A stretch of DNA of 61,489 nt, filler included. It is 6 parts of 6 records of this genome, joined end to end, with 100 filler letters (N's around TTAATTAATTAA, not from the genome) between each part and the next. Parts side by side here need not be neighbours in the genome. Positions count along the whole stretch, not along the records: positions 6,255 to 17,732 come from SRR31156797_17739; positions 17,833 to 23,264 come from SRR31156797_17746; 4 more parts are not named here. One strand, given 5' to 3'. Position 1 is the first letter of the stretch. Each line of letters opens with the position of its first letter. Made by a program: the position numbers and the translations under genes. Below the pieces are notes generated by a model. It was not told where the DNA came from. It ran no database searches and saw only the letters and a program-made list of their open reading frames with translations. Below, piece by piece: positions 9,453 through 20,088 of the stretch.

Positions 9453-11717
9453 CTACTCTGATCTCTCTGAAGAGACCTTATTTAATAATACTTTATCAAT
9501 CGTTTTTATCATATCCTCCATGAGAATAGGTTTATGGATGTATTCAGTCGCCCCATGATTCTCCTGTATTGTTTCCATTGCCGTTTCATTGTAGCCTGAA
9601 CACAGAATTACAGGGAGTTCCGGACGTATTTTTCTTAGTTCTGTTATGAGCTTGTCTCCGGTCATTATCGGCATAGTCATATCAGTGATAACAAGGTCAA
9701 ATGAATCTGGAGAGCGAATGAAGATATCCAGAGCTTCCTTTCCGTTTGCGCTCGCGGTAATGCGGTATCCAAGGTTTGAGAGCATTAACTCTTCTACCTT
9801 GAGAACATTGTCTTCATCATCAACAAGCAATATCCTTTCATTACGAATTGTCCTGTCATTCCTGCCTGGATCATTGACTTCAATTTCTTCCAGACTCTCC
9901 TTGATTGGAAAGAACACTCTGAATTCTGTACCAGCACCCATATTGCTATTGACTTTGATAAAGCCGTCCATAGATTTTATGATCCCGTGTACAACAGAAA
10001 GGCCCAATCCAGTACCACGGCCTGTTTCCTTTGTCGTGAAGAAGGGATCAAAGATCTTGTCCATAATGCTTTCATCGATTCCGGTCCCTTGGTCTTCTAT
10101 ACTGAGAAGGGCGTATGCGTTAGAGTGAATTTCTTGATTTGCAAAATCCAATCCTACAGCTGCCATCTCTCTGAGTTTTATCTTTAAGACGCCCCCATGC
10201 GCCTCCATGGCATGGCATCCGTTTGCAGCGAGATTCATTATGATCTGATTGAGTTGAGTGGGATCTCCTTTTATCGACCGGCAAGCTGAATCTATTGAAT
10301 GCTGTATCTCTATGGTTGAAGGAATGGTAGATCTTAGTAATTCAAGCGTTTTCTTGATCTCCGGCTGGATCTTGAATATGTTTTCCACACTATCTTCCTG
10401 TCGGGAGAATGTGAGAATCTGCTTGACGAGATCTCTGGCCCTGACAGCGCTATTGAAGATGACCTCAAGGCCACTGTAGATGGGGCTTCCCTTTTCCACT
10501 TCAGTCTTCAGCTGCTCAGCGTATCCCAGAATAGGAAACAGAAGGTTATTAAAGTCGTGTGCGATTCCGCCGGCCAGAGTTCCCACCGCTTCCATTTTAT
10601 AAACCTGACGCAACTGGTTTTCGAGATTGTTTTTCTCTTTTTCCATCTGTTTGTAGGTGCTTATGTCTTCGATGCCTGACCAGACATAGTATTCTCCGTC
10701 TCTCTCAACAAGTGTTCCGTTCAGTCTTACAGGTACAAACTCTCCGTTCTTATGGATGTATTCCTTGTTGTATGGACCATATTTTCCATTGACTTTCAAG
10801 TTCCTCAGCATCTGTTTTTCCTGATCCACATATCTCCTGGGGGTCAGATCCCAATAAGATAGCTTCAGCGCTTCGTCTACCGAGTATCCGATCATAGAGG
10901 CATAGGTAGGATTAATGGTCACCATATCTCCATTCATTTTGTATAACACCAATCCGATAGGCGACTGTTCGAAAAGATCCCGGTAGTTCTTTTCGCTTCT
11001 TCTGAGAGCTGCTTCCAGAGCTTTCAATTCATCATTTTCTCTCGCAACAGTTTCATTATGAATGTCATAAATCAAAAGAGTAGAGCGCACCAGTAAGAAT
11101 ATCAAGATCAGTAATATCAAAGATAACACCAGCGATATAGATGTGTAGAGCCACTGGTTCTTACGTATATCGGTCATGTATTGGCCCGTACCGATATAGC
11201 ATTGAAGCTCAGGGATTCCTATAACATAGGAGATCTTTAATTCCGGGCGAGTACTGTTGGGTCTCATATAATAGTATGAGACGAATCCTTTCTTCTCATC
11301 GGACATAGCCGCTTCCACTAGCGACCTTATAATATACTTACCATTAGCGTCGCGCAGATCCCACATATTCTCCAGTTCCATTTCAGGTTGGAAAGGCTGG
11401 ACCAGCATGATGCCGTCATAGCTGCTCATAAAAATATAATTATTCCCGTAAGAATCACTGTAAATCATGTTCCTGACGATATCTCTTACCTGATTCACGG
11501 CTTCATCTCTGGAGATCTCACCATTCCTAAGGCTGTTAATTGTCGGAGTTATCACAGTTCTGACGATCGTGACGGTCTGTTTCAGATGATCGAGACGCTG
11601 CATTTTCGTAACATTAGTGTAGCTGAGTATAAGTATTGTCATAAGACATATGAATACAAAGGAGAAGAGTATTCCTTTTCTCCGTATTCCTGTCTTTCCG
11701 TTTTTTATTAAATCCAT
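9453..11717 (-). CDS. Cache-PAS hybrid sensor histidine kinase/response regulator
   Basis: Single-Cache motif DLRDANGKYII; H-box AGGIAHDFNN; FDPFFTTK and GTGLGLS; REC domain LLVDDE and ITDMTMP. Confidence 0.93.
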   Translation of the reverse strand: MDLIKNGKTGIRRKGILFSFVFICLMTILILSYTNVTKMQRLDHLKQTVTIVRTVITPTINSLRNGEISRDEAVNQVRDIVRNMIYSDSYGNNYIFMSSYDGIMLVQPFQPEMELENMWDLRDANGKYIIRSLVEAAMSDEKKGFVSYYYMRPNSTRPELKISYVIGIPELQCYIGTGQYMTDIRKNQWLYTSISLVLSLILLILIFLLVRSTLLIYDIHNETVARENDELKALEAALRRSEKNYRDLFEQSPIGLVLYKMNGDMVTINPTYASMIGYSVDEALKLSYWDLTPRRYVDQEKQMLRNLKVNGKYGPYNKEYIHKNGEFVPVRLNGTLVERDGEYYVWSGIEDISTYKQMEKEKNNLENQLRQVYKMEAVGTLAGGIAHDFNNLLFPILGYAEQLKTEVEKGSPIYSGLEVIFNSAVRARDLVKQILTFSRQEDSVENIFKIQPEIKKTLELLRSTIPSTIEIQHSIDSACRSIKGDPTQLNQIIMNLAANGCHAMEAHGGVLKIKLREMAAVGLDFANQEIHSNAYALLSIEDQGTGIDESIMDKIFDPFFTTKETGRGTGLGLSVVHGIIKSMDGFIKVNSNMGAGTEFRVFFPIKESLEEIEVNDPGRNDRTIRNERILLVDDEDNVLKVEELMLSNLGYRITASANGKEALDIFIRSPDSFDLVITDMTMPIMTGDKLITELRKIRPELPVILCSGYNETAMETIQENHGATEYIHKPILMEDMIKTIDKVLLNKVSSERSE

Positions 11718-11891
11718 ATTTGCATCATCTAACTTATTAATTAAGATTAGTATAGGTTATGGCTCTTTATCAAATTCCAGGCTGAATTCTGCTGTTAAAA
11801 TTGCGGGATGACGGCATGTCAGGCCGGCGCCCTTAAATCCGTATGGGCCTGTGGCCCGGCAAGAGACTTCAATAGAAGCTGTCAGCTCCCC

Positions 11892-13763
11892 TCAGCCAGC
11901 GAGGGCTTTCCCATTTTCGATCCTGAAGTATCGAATGGTCTCCTTGAGCTGCTTCGCCTGATCCGCCAGCTTCTCCGAAGTGGCCGCCAGCTCCTCCGAA
12001 GAAGAGGCGTTGGACTGAATGATCTTATCAAGTTGAAGGATCGCCGTTGAGATCTGTTCCACCCCTGTCCGCTGTTCAGAACTGGCGGAACTTATCTCTC
12101 CCACCAGGTCTGCGGTTTTCTCGATATCGGGAACGAGTCGGGATAGTTTTTCTCCCGAACCGCTGGAAAGCTCAGCCGTCTCGGACGCCAGTTCGGTAAT
12201 TTCCCCTGCAGCTCTCTGACTTTGTTCCGCCAGTTTCCGAACCTCTGAGGCAACAACCGCAAAGCCCTTCCCATGCTCGCCGGCCCGGGCTGCTTCAATA
12301 GCCGCATTCAGGGCCAGAAGGTTTGTATTCCTGGAAATCTCATCAATGACTGTGATCTTTCCGGCAATGGAGTTCATTGCCTCTATGGCGTTCTCCACAG
12401 TCTTGCCGCTTTCTCTGGCATCCAGAGCCGCCTGAGTTGCGATCTTCTCCGTCTGACGGGAATTCTCTGCATTCTGACTGATATTGGCACTCATTTCTTC
12501 CATGGAACTGGAGACCTCCTCGGCGTTCGCCGCCTGTTGGGCAGCGCCGCTGGAGAGGAGCTGGCTGGATTCACTCACCTGCAGACTTCCCTCGGCAATA
12601 CTGTCGCTGGCATCGGTAATGGCCCCTATCACATCGATTAGATTCTCCGTCATCTCCTGAAGAGACCTGGCCAGGGAACCGATCTCATCCTTCCTAGAGG
12701 TGTATCCGGATTCGATATGGATCACCAGGTCCCCGGAAGCAACCTGAAGCAGTTTCTCATTAATGGAGATGATGGGACCGGCAATGGCTTTACCTGCCCC
12801 GTAGGAGAACAGCAGGACTAAAACAAAGGCCAGGAGAAGGATGATGAACATGACTCTCTGCATGCTAATGAGATCGGCATACACCTCTGAGACAGGAGGA
12901 GCTCCCACGAATATCCAGCCGTTCGAGAGCCTTTGATAGCTCAGGATCTTATCTGTCCCATTGAAATTGTAGAATACGGTCCCTCTGCCGGTCTCGTCAT
13001 TCAATATGGTTTCCGTCTCTTCAGGAAGATATGTGGTCATATTCTCTCCCTCCATACTGGGATGGAGGAGAACGTTCCCCTCTTCATCCAGCAAATAGAA
13101 GTATCCTGTGTCAAGGAGTTTGAGCTTGCCCACCAGTTCCTTGATATACTGGAAAGACGTATCGACGCCGACAACCCCGACAAACTCGTTCTGATATGTC
13201 AATGCCTTGGTGAAAGAGACGATAACAGTGTCAAAGGCTTCCCAGTAGTAGGGGGCAGACCAGTAACAGCTCTCCTCTTTGGGTTTATAGAACCAGGTCC
13301 AGTCTCCGCTGTTGATGTCATCCCAGGTATAATCGGTTTCGTCATTCACCTTATAGGTCCCGCTATCGCTCTTGGCGATAGAGATCGTTCTGGACCTGGG
13401 AAGGACATCGGGATCGAACCAGGAATAGAGGGACAACGGTGCAGGATTCAGTGTCCTCCCCACTGAAGTGTAGATCCTGAGCATGTCACTGCGATAGGAG
13501 GAGAAGGCTTCTTCTTCAGCAATGACTCCATCGGAGAGATATTCCAGTGTCAGCCCTTCCAGGGCCTGAACAGAGCTAAGCACTCTTGTGATAAACTGAT
13601 CAAAGATAATTGACTGGCTGGAGACCTCACTCTCCAGGTAGTTTATGGACAGCTTCTTTACGATTTTCTGGGATTGGATGAGCGTCATCGTCATTGTGGG
13701 AACGATGACAACCATTGTTGATATCAAGACGGTTAAAATAACCCTGGTGACAAGCTTCTTCAA
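11892..13763 (-). CDS. Methyl-accepting chemotaxis protein with dCache sensor and HAMP
   Basis: WFYKP..WSAPYY (dCache), RKDEIGSL (HAMP) and [26 protein letters not shown]; start placed at TTG 13763 after AGGGAG. Confidence 0.93.
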   Translation of the reverse strand: MKKLVTRVILTVLISTMVVIVPTMTMTLIQSQKIVKKLSINYLESEVSSQSIIFDQFITRVLSSVQALEGLTLEYLSDGVIAEEEAFSSYRSDMLRIYTSVGRTLNPAPLSLYSWFDPDVLPRSRTISIAKSDSGTYKVNDETDYTWDDINSGDWTWFYKPKEESCYWSAPYYWEAFDTVIVSFTKALTYQNEFVGVVGVDTSFQYIKELVGKLKLLDTGYFYLLDEEGNVLLHPSMEGENMTTYLPEETETILNDETGRGTVFYNFNGTDKILSYQRLSNGWIFVGAPPVSEVYADLISMQRVMFIILLLAFVLVLLFSYGAGKAIAGPIISINEKLLQVASGDLVIHIESGYTSRKDEIGSLARSLQEMTENLIDVIGAITDASDSIAEGSLQVSESSQLLSSGAAQQAANAEEVSSSMEEMSANISQNAENSRQTEKIATQAALDARESGKTVENAIEAMNSIAGKITVIDEISRNTNLLALNAAIEAARAGEHGKGFAVVASEVRKLAEQSQRAAGEITELASETAELSSGSGEKLSRLVPDIEKTADLVGEISSASSEQRTGVEQISTAILQLDKIIQSNASSSEELAATSEKLADQAKQLKETIRYFRIENGKALAG

Positions 13764-13914
13764 TTTTATCTCCCTGCGGTGCATAACTGGTCTCTTGGAT
13801 TCGATGGGCAGAATGGGGCTGTTTCTCCGAATAGGGGAAGCCTCTGATTCCAACTCTGCATGTTAAAATGTCAGATTCCCTTAATGAGTATAATGGTAGT
13901 GATTCGCTATATCA

Positions 13915-13933
13915 TTTTGTAACGGTTACAAAA
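13915..13933. promoter_or_regulatory. Perfect 9-1-9 palindrome, LacI-like operator candidate
   Basis: TTTTGTAAC-G-GTTACAAAA upstream of the MCP gene. Confidence 0.55.
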
Positions 13934-14050
13934 ATATATTATTGACAAATGAACAAAGAGGAAGTTATTCGCGGCAGGGAGACAGAAGGCGACGATGCAA
14001 AATCTGCAGCTGCCACCGCTTGTGAAACCCTCAGAGAAACCTGAGCTCAA

Positions 14051-15253
14051 TCAAATCATCTCCCCTTGGGAGGTCTGCTGGTGGAGTCTGAGTCCTTTTC
14101 CGGCTGTTACAAGTCCGGCAAGGCAACAGATAACGGGAAATGCGAAGGCTGCCTTCCAGCTGAAATTGACCATTAACATGGTAAACAGGGGAATCCCCAG
14201 TGTCGCTCCCAGGTTTCCCATCTGCGAAACAGCACCGTTTGCGTGGGCATGATGTTTCGGATTGTCACTCAGATAGGGGATTATGACAAAGATAAGACCT
14301 TGGATCAGGCCTGAATTGATCAGCATCAATAGAGAAGAGGCGAACAGGACTGCGATCCCTGTATTAAAAAAGCAGTTTGCCGAGATCAAAAGAGCCTGGC
14401 CTGCGAAAACAGACATGATCGAGATAATCGGGGAGCCTTTGAACGCTTTTGTGAATATGCCTGACAGAAATGTACCTGCAAGACTGACAAGGGGCAGAAG
14501 TGTCAGCATTATGGCAGATAGATTTGCATTCTCAGGAAATCTATAGGAAAAAAACTGCGGAAGAAAGACAAGTAACAGCATGAAAAACAGGGTGTGAAGA
14601 CCAAAAAGGATACCAGGAAGTGAGCTTTCATGCTCTGCGTATATATCCACATGCTGCTGAATAATACTTCTATGCTGTTTTTCCGCTTGTTGAACAGTGG
14701 AAAACACAGGTGAAGAGATAAAGTACAGTATTGTGCCAATGAAGATCGCTGCCGTTGCGTGGAGGTAAAAGAAGCTCTGCCATCCCCATCTGCTGATCAT
14801 CATAGGTCCGATCATATTACTGACCGTAAAGGCTATGCTGAAGAATGTTCCCCATAGCGCCATTGTATGCGACTTATATTTCTTGTCCGCTACAAGAAGC
14901 ATGGCTGTAGGAGTTGCTGTGACCAGAATCAGTTGGGTCATTCCTTCTAAGATACGGATTAATAGAAAAAGGCTGTTGAAGGGAATCACGGTTTGCGCCA
15001 GAGAAATAATCCCTGCCAGAATGAGGGAAATAACTACCAGTCTCTTAGGAGAGAACCTTCCGGCGATTATTCCAATGGATGCTCCGAAAATGATCCCCAG
15101 TATGCCCAGGGATGAAATCAGAAAGTTGGAATAAACAAGATCAAGTCCGTATGTATTTTGCAAGACGGGAGTGATTAATGCGAACTTGGAAAACTGGGCC
15201 CCTGCGATAATACCGGAGAACCAGAAGAGGATAATGAGTGATAGATTTTTCAA
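14051..15253 (-). CDS. MFS transporter
   Basis: About 12 hydrophobic segments; GIIAGRFSPKR motif-A-like loop; IRILEG. Confidence 0.88.
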   Translation of the reverse strand: MKNLSLIILFWFSGIIAGAQFSKFALITPVLQNTYGLDLVYSNFLISSLGILGIIFGASIGIIAGRFSPKRLVVISLILAGIISLAQTVIPFNSLFLLIRILEGMTQLILVTATPTAMLLVADKKYKSHTMALWGTFFSIAFTVSNMIGPMMISRWGWQSFFYLHATAAIFIGTILYFISSPVFSTVQQAEKQHRSIIQQHVDIYAEHESSLPGILFGLHTLFFMLLLVFLPQFFSYRFPENANLSAIMLTLLPLVSLAGTFLSGIFTKAFKGSPIISIMSVFAGQALLISANCFFNTGIAVLFASSLLMLINSGLIQGLIFVIIPYLSDNPKHHAHANGAVSQMGNLGATLGIPLFTMLMVNFSWKAAFAFPVICCLAGLVTAGKGLRLHQQTSQGEMI

Positions 15254-15568
15254 TTCAACTTGTCCATAACATAAGGTAAAAAAATACTATTCTAAAAAAG
15301 CATCAATGTACAGCTGTAAGCAATATATCAAAAAACTCAGTTTCAAATAGGCACCAAGCAATATTTTTGGATGTTAGATGATGGATGTCTTAAAATAGAT
15401 GGTAATGAGGGGAACGCATTCCATTTCAGATTCCAACTCATTACTTCATAACATATATGTTATAGTTTGAGTATAGATTCGAGTTTTATAAATATAAACG
15501 ATATATACTATATTGTGATAAGTTTATGTAAGTGGATATTGAAAAAAAGAATAAATAAGGATGTTTGT

Positions 15569-17200
15569 ATGAAATCATACGTATACTGGATCATCACATC
15601 AGTTCTGACAGTTTTAATAGCTGGAGCCATTTTTTTGTTTGTTCCCACCGTAGCAGCCAAGACAGGAGCGCTTCTTCTCCTCTCAGCGAAATATCTTTTC
15701 TCAGTATTTTATCATCGGCGACAGAGAGGGGCATTGGATCGCTTCGAGTCTATCATCTCCGGCAGGATCAGTGAGAATCGAAATGTATCATCGGATAAGG
15801 CTCAGATCTTGGATGATCATATGCAGGCTTGCCATAGCTCGCGAATGAACGTCAATAAAATCCTGGATGACAAGAAACAGCATAGTTCCGAGTTCACTCT
15901 GGAGCTGAAGGACTCTGTTTATCTCACGACAACGATAAATGGAAGTGTTTTACGGATTCGAGGCAGGATTTCCGATCTCAATAATTCATTATTCAATTCT
16001 TCTTCTGCCATAGAGCAAATTTCGCAGACTATCAGCTCTTTTAGCCGACAGATTGAGGAACAGTCTTCCTCTGTTATCCAGACATCTTCTGCAATTGAGG
16101 AGATGGATGCCTCAATTAAGAATGTAGGGGACATAACTTCCAAGAAAACTCAAAGCTCTCAGCAATTATTGTCTTTGACTGACCGTAGTCAAAACGGAAT
16201 GATCGAAATGAACCGGATTATCGATACGGTAAACAACAATATTGACTCCGTGCAAGAGATCATCAATGTCATTGACAATATAGCTTCCCAAACGAATCTC
16301 TTATCCATGAATGCGGCCATTGAGGCTGCACACGCAGGGGATGCCGGGAAAGGGTTTGCGGTGGTAGCTGAAGAGATTCGAAAGCTTGCCGAATCCACTG
16401 CTGAGAACTCTACATTGATCTCCCAAACCCTGAAGCGGATTGTTGATAACGTGCGTGAGGTGAAGGTGGCTGGCAGTGAGAGTCTTAACGATTTCAAAAA
16501 AATTAAGTCTGAAACGGAAAACCTGGTAGATGCATTTCACGCAATCAATAACGCCACATCAGAACTGAATGTAGGAAGCCATGAGATCGTCCAGGCGACC
16601 CAGCTGCTTTCAGAGATCTCAAATAATATAAAAACAGGGTCGATGGAAATTGAAACCAGTGCCCAGGATATTCAAGGCTCGATAACAACTATTGTGGATG
16701 CGAGTCGTGAAACCGAGCATGAGATAGAGCAGATCACCGAGGTCTCAAAGAAGATGAATAGCATGTTCTTGCATATATCCGAAGTCTTCTTAAGTTATGA
16801 ATCTTATCTTGAGAAAATTCAGGAATTCCAGGATTTTGAGTTTGGAACTGGTACTCGCATCTCTATGGTAAAGATTATCATTCAGCACTTATTATGGGTG
16901 ATCAAGGCTCGCGGAGTCATTGACGGTGTTCTGAATCTTGAAGCGGAATCGGTCATCGATCATCATTCTTGTGAATTGGGTCAATGGATTAATAACATTA
17001 AATCGGAAGAGATCAAAAGACTGAGCTTCTTTCCTGTGATGGTTGAAAATCATGAAAAACTTCATGATCTTGTACGTAGAATCATAGATATGAAGGGGAG
17101 TGCTTCTCAAGAGATCATAGAGAAAGAATACGATATGTTAATTCAACTTTCAGAGCTGATTATTGCTGACTTGCTGAAGCTTGAAGATAAAATCGCTTGA
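15569..17200 (+). CDS. Methyl-accepting chemotaxis protein with C-terminal CZB domain
   Basis: [38 protein letters not shown] motifs [13 protein letters not shown] and HEKLH; start at the ATG after AAGGA. Confidence 0.9.
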   Translation: MKSYVYWIITSVLTVLIAGAIFLFVPTVAAKTGALLLLSAKYLFSVFYHRRQRGALDRFESIISGRISENRNVSSDKAQILDDHMQACHSSRMNVNKILDDKKQHSSEFTLELKDSVYLTTTINGSVLRIRGRISDLNNSLFNSSSAIEQISQTISSFSRQIEEQSSSVIQTSSAIEEMDASIKNVGDITSKKTQSSQQLLSLTDRSQNGMIEMNRIIDTVNNNIDSVQEIINVIDNIASQTNLLSMNAAIEAAHAGDAGKGFAVVAEEIRKLAESTAENSTLISQTLKRIVDNVREVKVAGSESLNDFKKIKSETENLVDAFHAINNATSELNVGSHEIVQATQLLSEISNNIKTGSMEIETSAQDIQGSITTIVDASRETEHEIEQITEVSKKMNSMFLHISEVFLSYESYLEKIQEFQDFEFGTGTRISMVKIIIQHLLWVIKARGVIDGVLNLEAESVIDHHSCELGQWINNIKSEEIKRLSFFPVMVENHEKLHDLVRRIIDMKGSASQEIIEKEYDMLIQLSELIIADLLKLEDKIA

Positions 17201-17290
17201 GATAAGGGCTAGGGCAAGCGCAGGAAGACAGTGAGGCTGCTTCTCTGCGTTTTAAGCAATGGCATTGTGGAGTGAATGGGAACCGGCCAT

Positions 17291-17560
17291 TTATTTTTTT
17301 TGATGATCTTGATCTTTTGAACGAGTAAACAATAGGTATAGTCCTAAAAAAAGTTCTATAAAAAATAGAATAACTGGAAACCAATTGATTTTTGATGCAA
17401 TAAAAATAGCTGTCGGTCCATCAGCTCCGCCGATTATCCCTATTGATGCCGCTTCTTGATTAAAATGTACCTGCGTCATTTCCTGACAGTATGGGATGTA
17501 GTATCCAAAAATCAGAAGAGTATTCAAAAAAAAGATTATTAAAAGTATCTTTCGCTTCAT
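17291..17560 (-). CDS. Small two-TM protein with the OadB/MmdB GGADGPT motif
   Basis: 89 aa; AASIGIIGGADGPTAIFIASK between two hydrophobic helices; SD GAAGGA. Confidence 0.75.
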   Translation of the reverse strand: MKRKILLIIFFLNTLLIFGYYIPYCQEMTQVHFNQEAASIGIIGGADGPTAIFIASKINWFPVILFFIELFLGLYLLFTRSKDQDHQKK

Positions 17561-17616
17561 AATATTGATCCTTCAATGGCACAAGAGTTCGCATCGGGTG
17601 TATGGCATTAAAAAAA

Positions 17617-17732
17617 TCATCTCAGAATGTTGATTCCCGCTGCTTCCAGCTGCGAGATAAGCTCTGGCGATGCTTTTTCATCGGTGATAAGAGTATCTAC
17701 GGCGTCGATGGGACATATTCTGCTCAAAGCGG
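17617..17732 (-). CDS. DeoR/GlpR family regulator C-terminus (partial)
   Basis: Hand translation ALSRICPIDAVDTLITDEKASPELISQLEAAGINILR*. Confidence 0.75.
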
Positions 17733-17832
17733 NNNNNNNNNNNNNNNNNNNNNNNNNNNNNNNNNNNNNNNNNNNNTTAATTAATTAANNNNNNNNNNNN
17801 NNNNNNNNNNNNNNNNNNNNNNNNNNNNNNNN
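17733..17832. other. Artificial contig linker
   Basis: N-TTAATTAATTAA-N. Confidence 0.99.
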
Positions 17833-18108
17833 ATCGTTATCGTTCTGATAGTTTTTAGCAGCGTTAATACCACCCTGAGCAGCAATAGAGTGAGCTCTAC
17901 GACCTGAATCCTGGTAGCAAAATGCTTTTACGTTGTATCCCATCTCTGCTAAAGAAGCAGCAGCAGATCCACCAGCTAAACCGGTTCCTACAACGATAAT
18001 ATCTAATTTTCTCTTATTCGCAGGACTTACTACCTTGATAGCAGCTTTGTGTTTCGACCACTTATCAGCTAATGGTCCGGCTGGAATTTTTGAATTTAAT
18101 ACTGTCAT
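17833..18108 (-). CDS. sdhA: Succinate dehydrogenase/fumarate reductase flavoprotein subunit (N-terminus, partial)
   Basis: [17 protein letters not shown] and [21 protein letters not shown]. Confidence 0.95.
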
Positions 18109-18128
18109 AACCGTTTAAATATTAACAA

Positions 18129-18785
18129 TTAAGCAAAAAAGTGTAAGTACAAAGGAATAATAGTAAATCCGGCAGCAACAAAAATTGCATAGAAATATCC
18201 TACTTTTTCAAGACGAGCTCTCCAAATGCTGTTACTCATTCCGATAGATTGGAATGATGACCAGAAACCATGTGCCAAGTGAAGACCTAATAAAATAGCT
18301 CCCACTACATAAAGTCCGGTGTAAACCAGTCCCATTGAACCATTAGTAAAAAGACTTTTTACCAATTGATAATCATCATGTACGTTTCCTTGAATCTGAA
18401 TTGGAACAAAGAAATGCATCAAGTGCATTGCGATGAAAACCAATACAAGACCACCCAAAACAAACATGTTTCGTGAAGACCATGTACTACTGTTACCCAA
18501 GTTTTGAGTAGCATACTTCTGTGGACGAGCCTTTTGGTTTTTAAGGGTTAAGATTATCGCATAAATGATATGGATAATGAAACCACCAAATAACACTGGC
18601 TGTAATCCGAAGCGAATGATCGGCATTGCCATAAAGTGCGCTCCCGCATTGAATAACTCTCCTGTACTGTCAAACATCAAGAAAGAGTTCAATATCAGGT
18701 GCACTAAAATAAATAGTACAAGAAAAAGACCTGATAAACTCATTACCAACTTCTTCCCAATAGATGAACTTAAAACACTGCTCAT
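18129..18785 (-). CDS. sdhC: Succinate dehydrogenase/fumarate reductase cytochrome b subunit
   Basis: SSIGKKLVMSLSGLFL..H, five TM segments with heme-ligand His (HLMHF, HLAHGFWS); directly upstream of sdhA. Confidence 0.93.
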   Translation of the reverse strand: MSSVLSSSIGKKLVMSLSGLFLVLFILVHLILNSFLMFDSTGELFNAGAHFMAMPIIRFGLQPVLFGGFIIHIIYAIILTLKNQKARPQKYATQNLGNSSTWSSRNMFVLGGLVLVFIAMHLMHFFVPIQIQGNVHDDYQLVKSLFTNGSMGLVYTGLYVVGAILLGLHLAHGFWSSFQSIGMSNSIWRARLEKVGYFYAIFVAAGFTIIPLYLHFFA

Positions 18786-18839
18786 AAGTTTAAAGATTTA
18801 ATTAGACTGTTTATTATAAACTTAACTCTATAATCAACG

Positions 18840-18911
18840 CAAATGTAGATGCTCCCTAATCCTGAAACAATATTTAGGAACATATATAATTTATTTAGAT
18901 TGATTCTATGA
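18840..18911 (-). promoter_or_regulatory. Bacteroidota promoter (-7 TAnnTTTG) with upstream Fur-like box
   Basis: TACATTTG on the minus strand (18840-18847); ATTTAGATTGATTCTATGA at 18893-18911. Confidence 0.55.
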
Positions 18912-19145
18912 CAATCCTATATTTCAGATCCTTAGATTTTTACTAATATAAAGCTAGTTATAAATCTAACTACAAACCAATTAGAGAATAAATTCCTTAA
19001 TGGTTTTTCTGAAAGCATCGCAATTTATTAAATATTTGTATGTTATAGAACAAGCTTTTGAGATATTGTTTTAATTTAGAATGCTGAAGTAGTAAACCAA
19101 CAGTTTGAAATCAAAATTTACCCGAAAATAAAGGCTTTTACATAT

Positions 19146-19946
19146 ATGAGTAAGATTGATCAATATTTAGAATTAGATAATTACACCCTTCGATTTAGAG
19201 ATAGAGGAAAAGGAAAAACCGTTTTATTGTTGCACGGATATCTGGAATCGATCGAAACGTTTGAAACATTTGCTAATGATTTATCGCGATTGGCGAGAGT
19301 AATAACGGTTGATCTTCCTGGACATGGTCTATCGGAATTAAAGGCTGAGAAATGTAGTATTGATGATATGGCTGATGCAGTAGATGAATTGGCATCTCAT
19401 CTTAAGTTGGATAAGATAAATATTTCAGGTCATTCTATGGGTGGCTATGTAGCATTGGCTTACGCCGATAAATATGTAGAAAAGTTAGAGAGTTTCTGTT
19501 TGTTTCATTCTTCACCAAACCCGGACACTGAAGAGAAAAAGGCAAATAGAAAAAAGGAAATTGAATTGGTACGTAAAGGTAAAAAGGAACTGATTTGTAA
19601 AACCAGTATACCGAATACATTCTCGAATCGAAACCTGGAAAAGTTTGCGCACGAAATTGACAGAATTACTGAAATAGCCTGCAAAACCTCCGACAAAGGT
19701 ATTATTGCAGCTTTGGAAGCAATGATGGATAGGTCAGACCGAAATCATGTAGTAAAAGCATTGGATATGCCGAAGGTGAGTATCATCGGGAAGATGGATA
19801 ATTTTATTCCTTTTCAGGTGGCTGGTCAAATTGCTAAGGAAAATAATCTTACGCCATTTGTTTTACAAACTTCCGGTCATATGGGTTTTATTGAGCAGCG
19901 TCAGGAGTGTTTGCGCGAGATTTTTAGAATTATTTACGAGTGTTGA
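19146..19946 (+). CDS. Alpha/beta hydrolase
   Basis: LLHGY, DLPGHG, nucleophile elbow GHSMGG and SGHMG. Confidence 0.92.
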   Translation: MSKIDQYLELDNYTLRFRDRGKGKTVLLLHGYLESIETFETFANDLSRLARVITVDLPGHGLSELKAEKCSIDDMADAVDELASHLKLDKINISGHSMGGYVALAYADKYVEKLESFCLFHSSPNPDTEEKKANRKKEIELVRKGKKELICKTSIPNTFSNRNLEKFAHEIDRITEIACKTSDKGIIAALEAMMDRSDRNHVVKALDMPKVSIIGKMDNFIPFQVAGQIAKENNLTPFVLQTSGHMGFIEQRQECLREIFRIIYEC

Positions 19947-20014
19947 TTTTGTAATAGCAAAGAAGGATAAAGAATATGTCTAGCATCTCACAGATGCTTG
20001 ACATGTAAAATAAA

Positions 20015-20055
20015 AAAGTCTCACAAAAGAACTATTAATTCCTTTGTGAGACTTT
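20015..20055. terminator. Inverted repeat/terminator between convergent genes
   Basis: AAAGTCTCACAAA...TTTGTGAGACTTT. Confidence 0.7.
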
Positions 20056-20088
20056 GTGATATCCTTTGATGTACTTCGTGGTTAATAT

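Noticed and set aside
11800..11890. GC-rich segment as a c-di-GMP riboswitch
   Set aside because: Lacks the GEMM consensus; more simply a 3' hairpin of the MCP gene.
12933..13466. 177-aa + strand ORF and similar overlapping ORFs throughout the window
   Set aside because: They overlap well-supported genes on the opposite strand or in another frame, and show no recognisable motifs.
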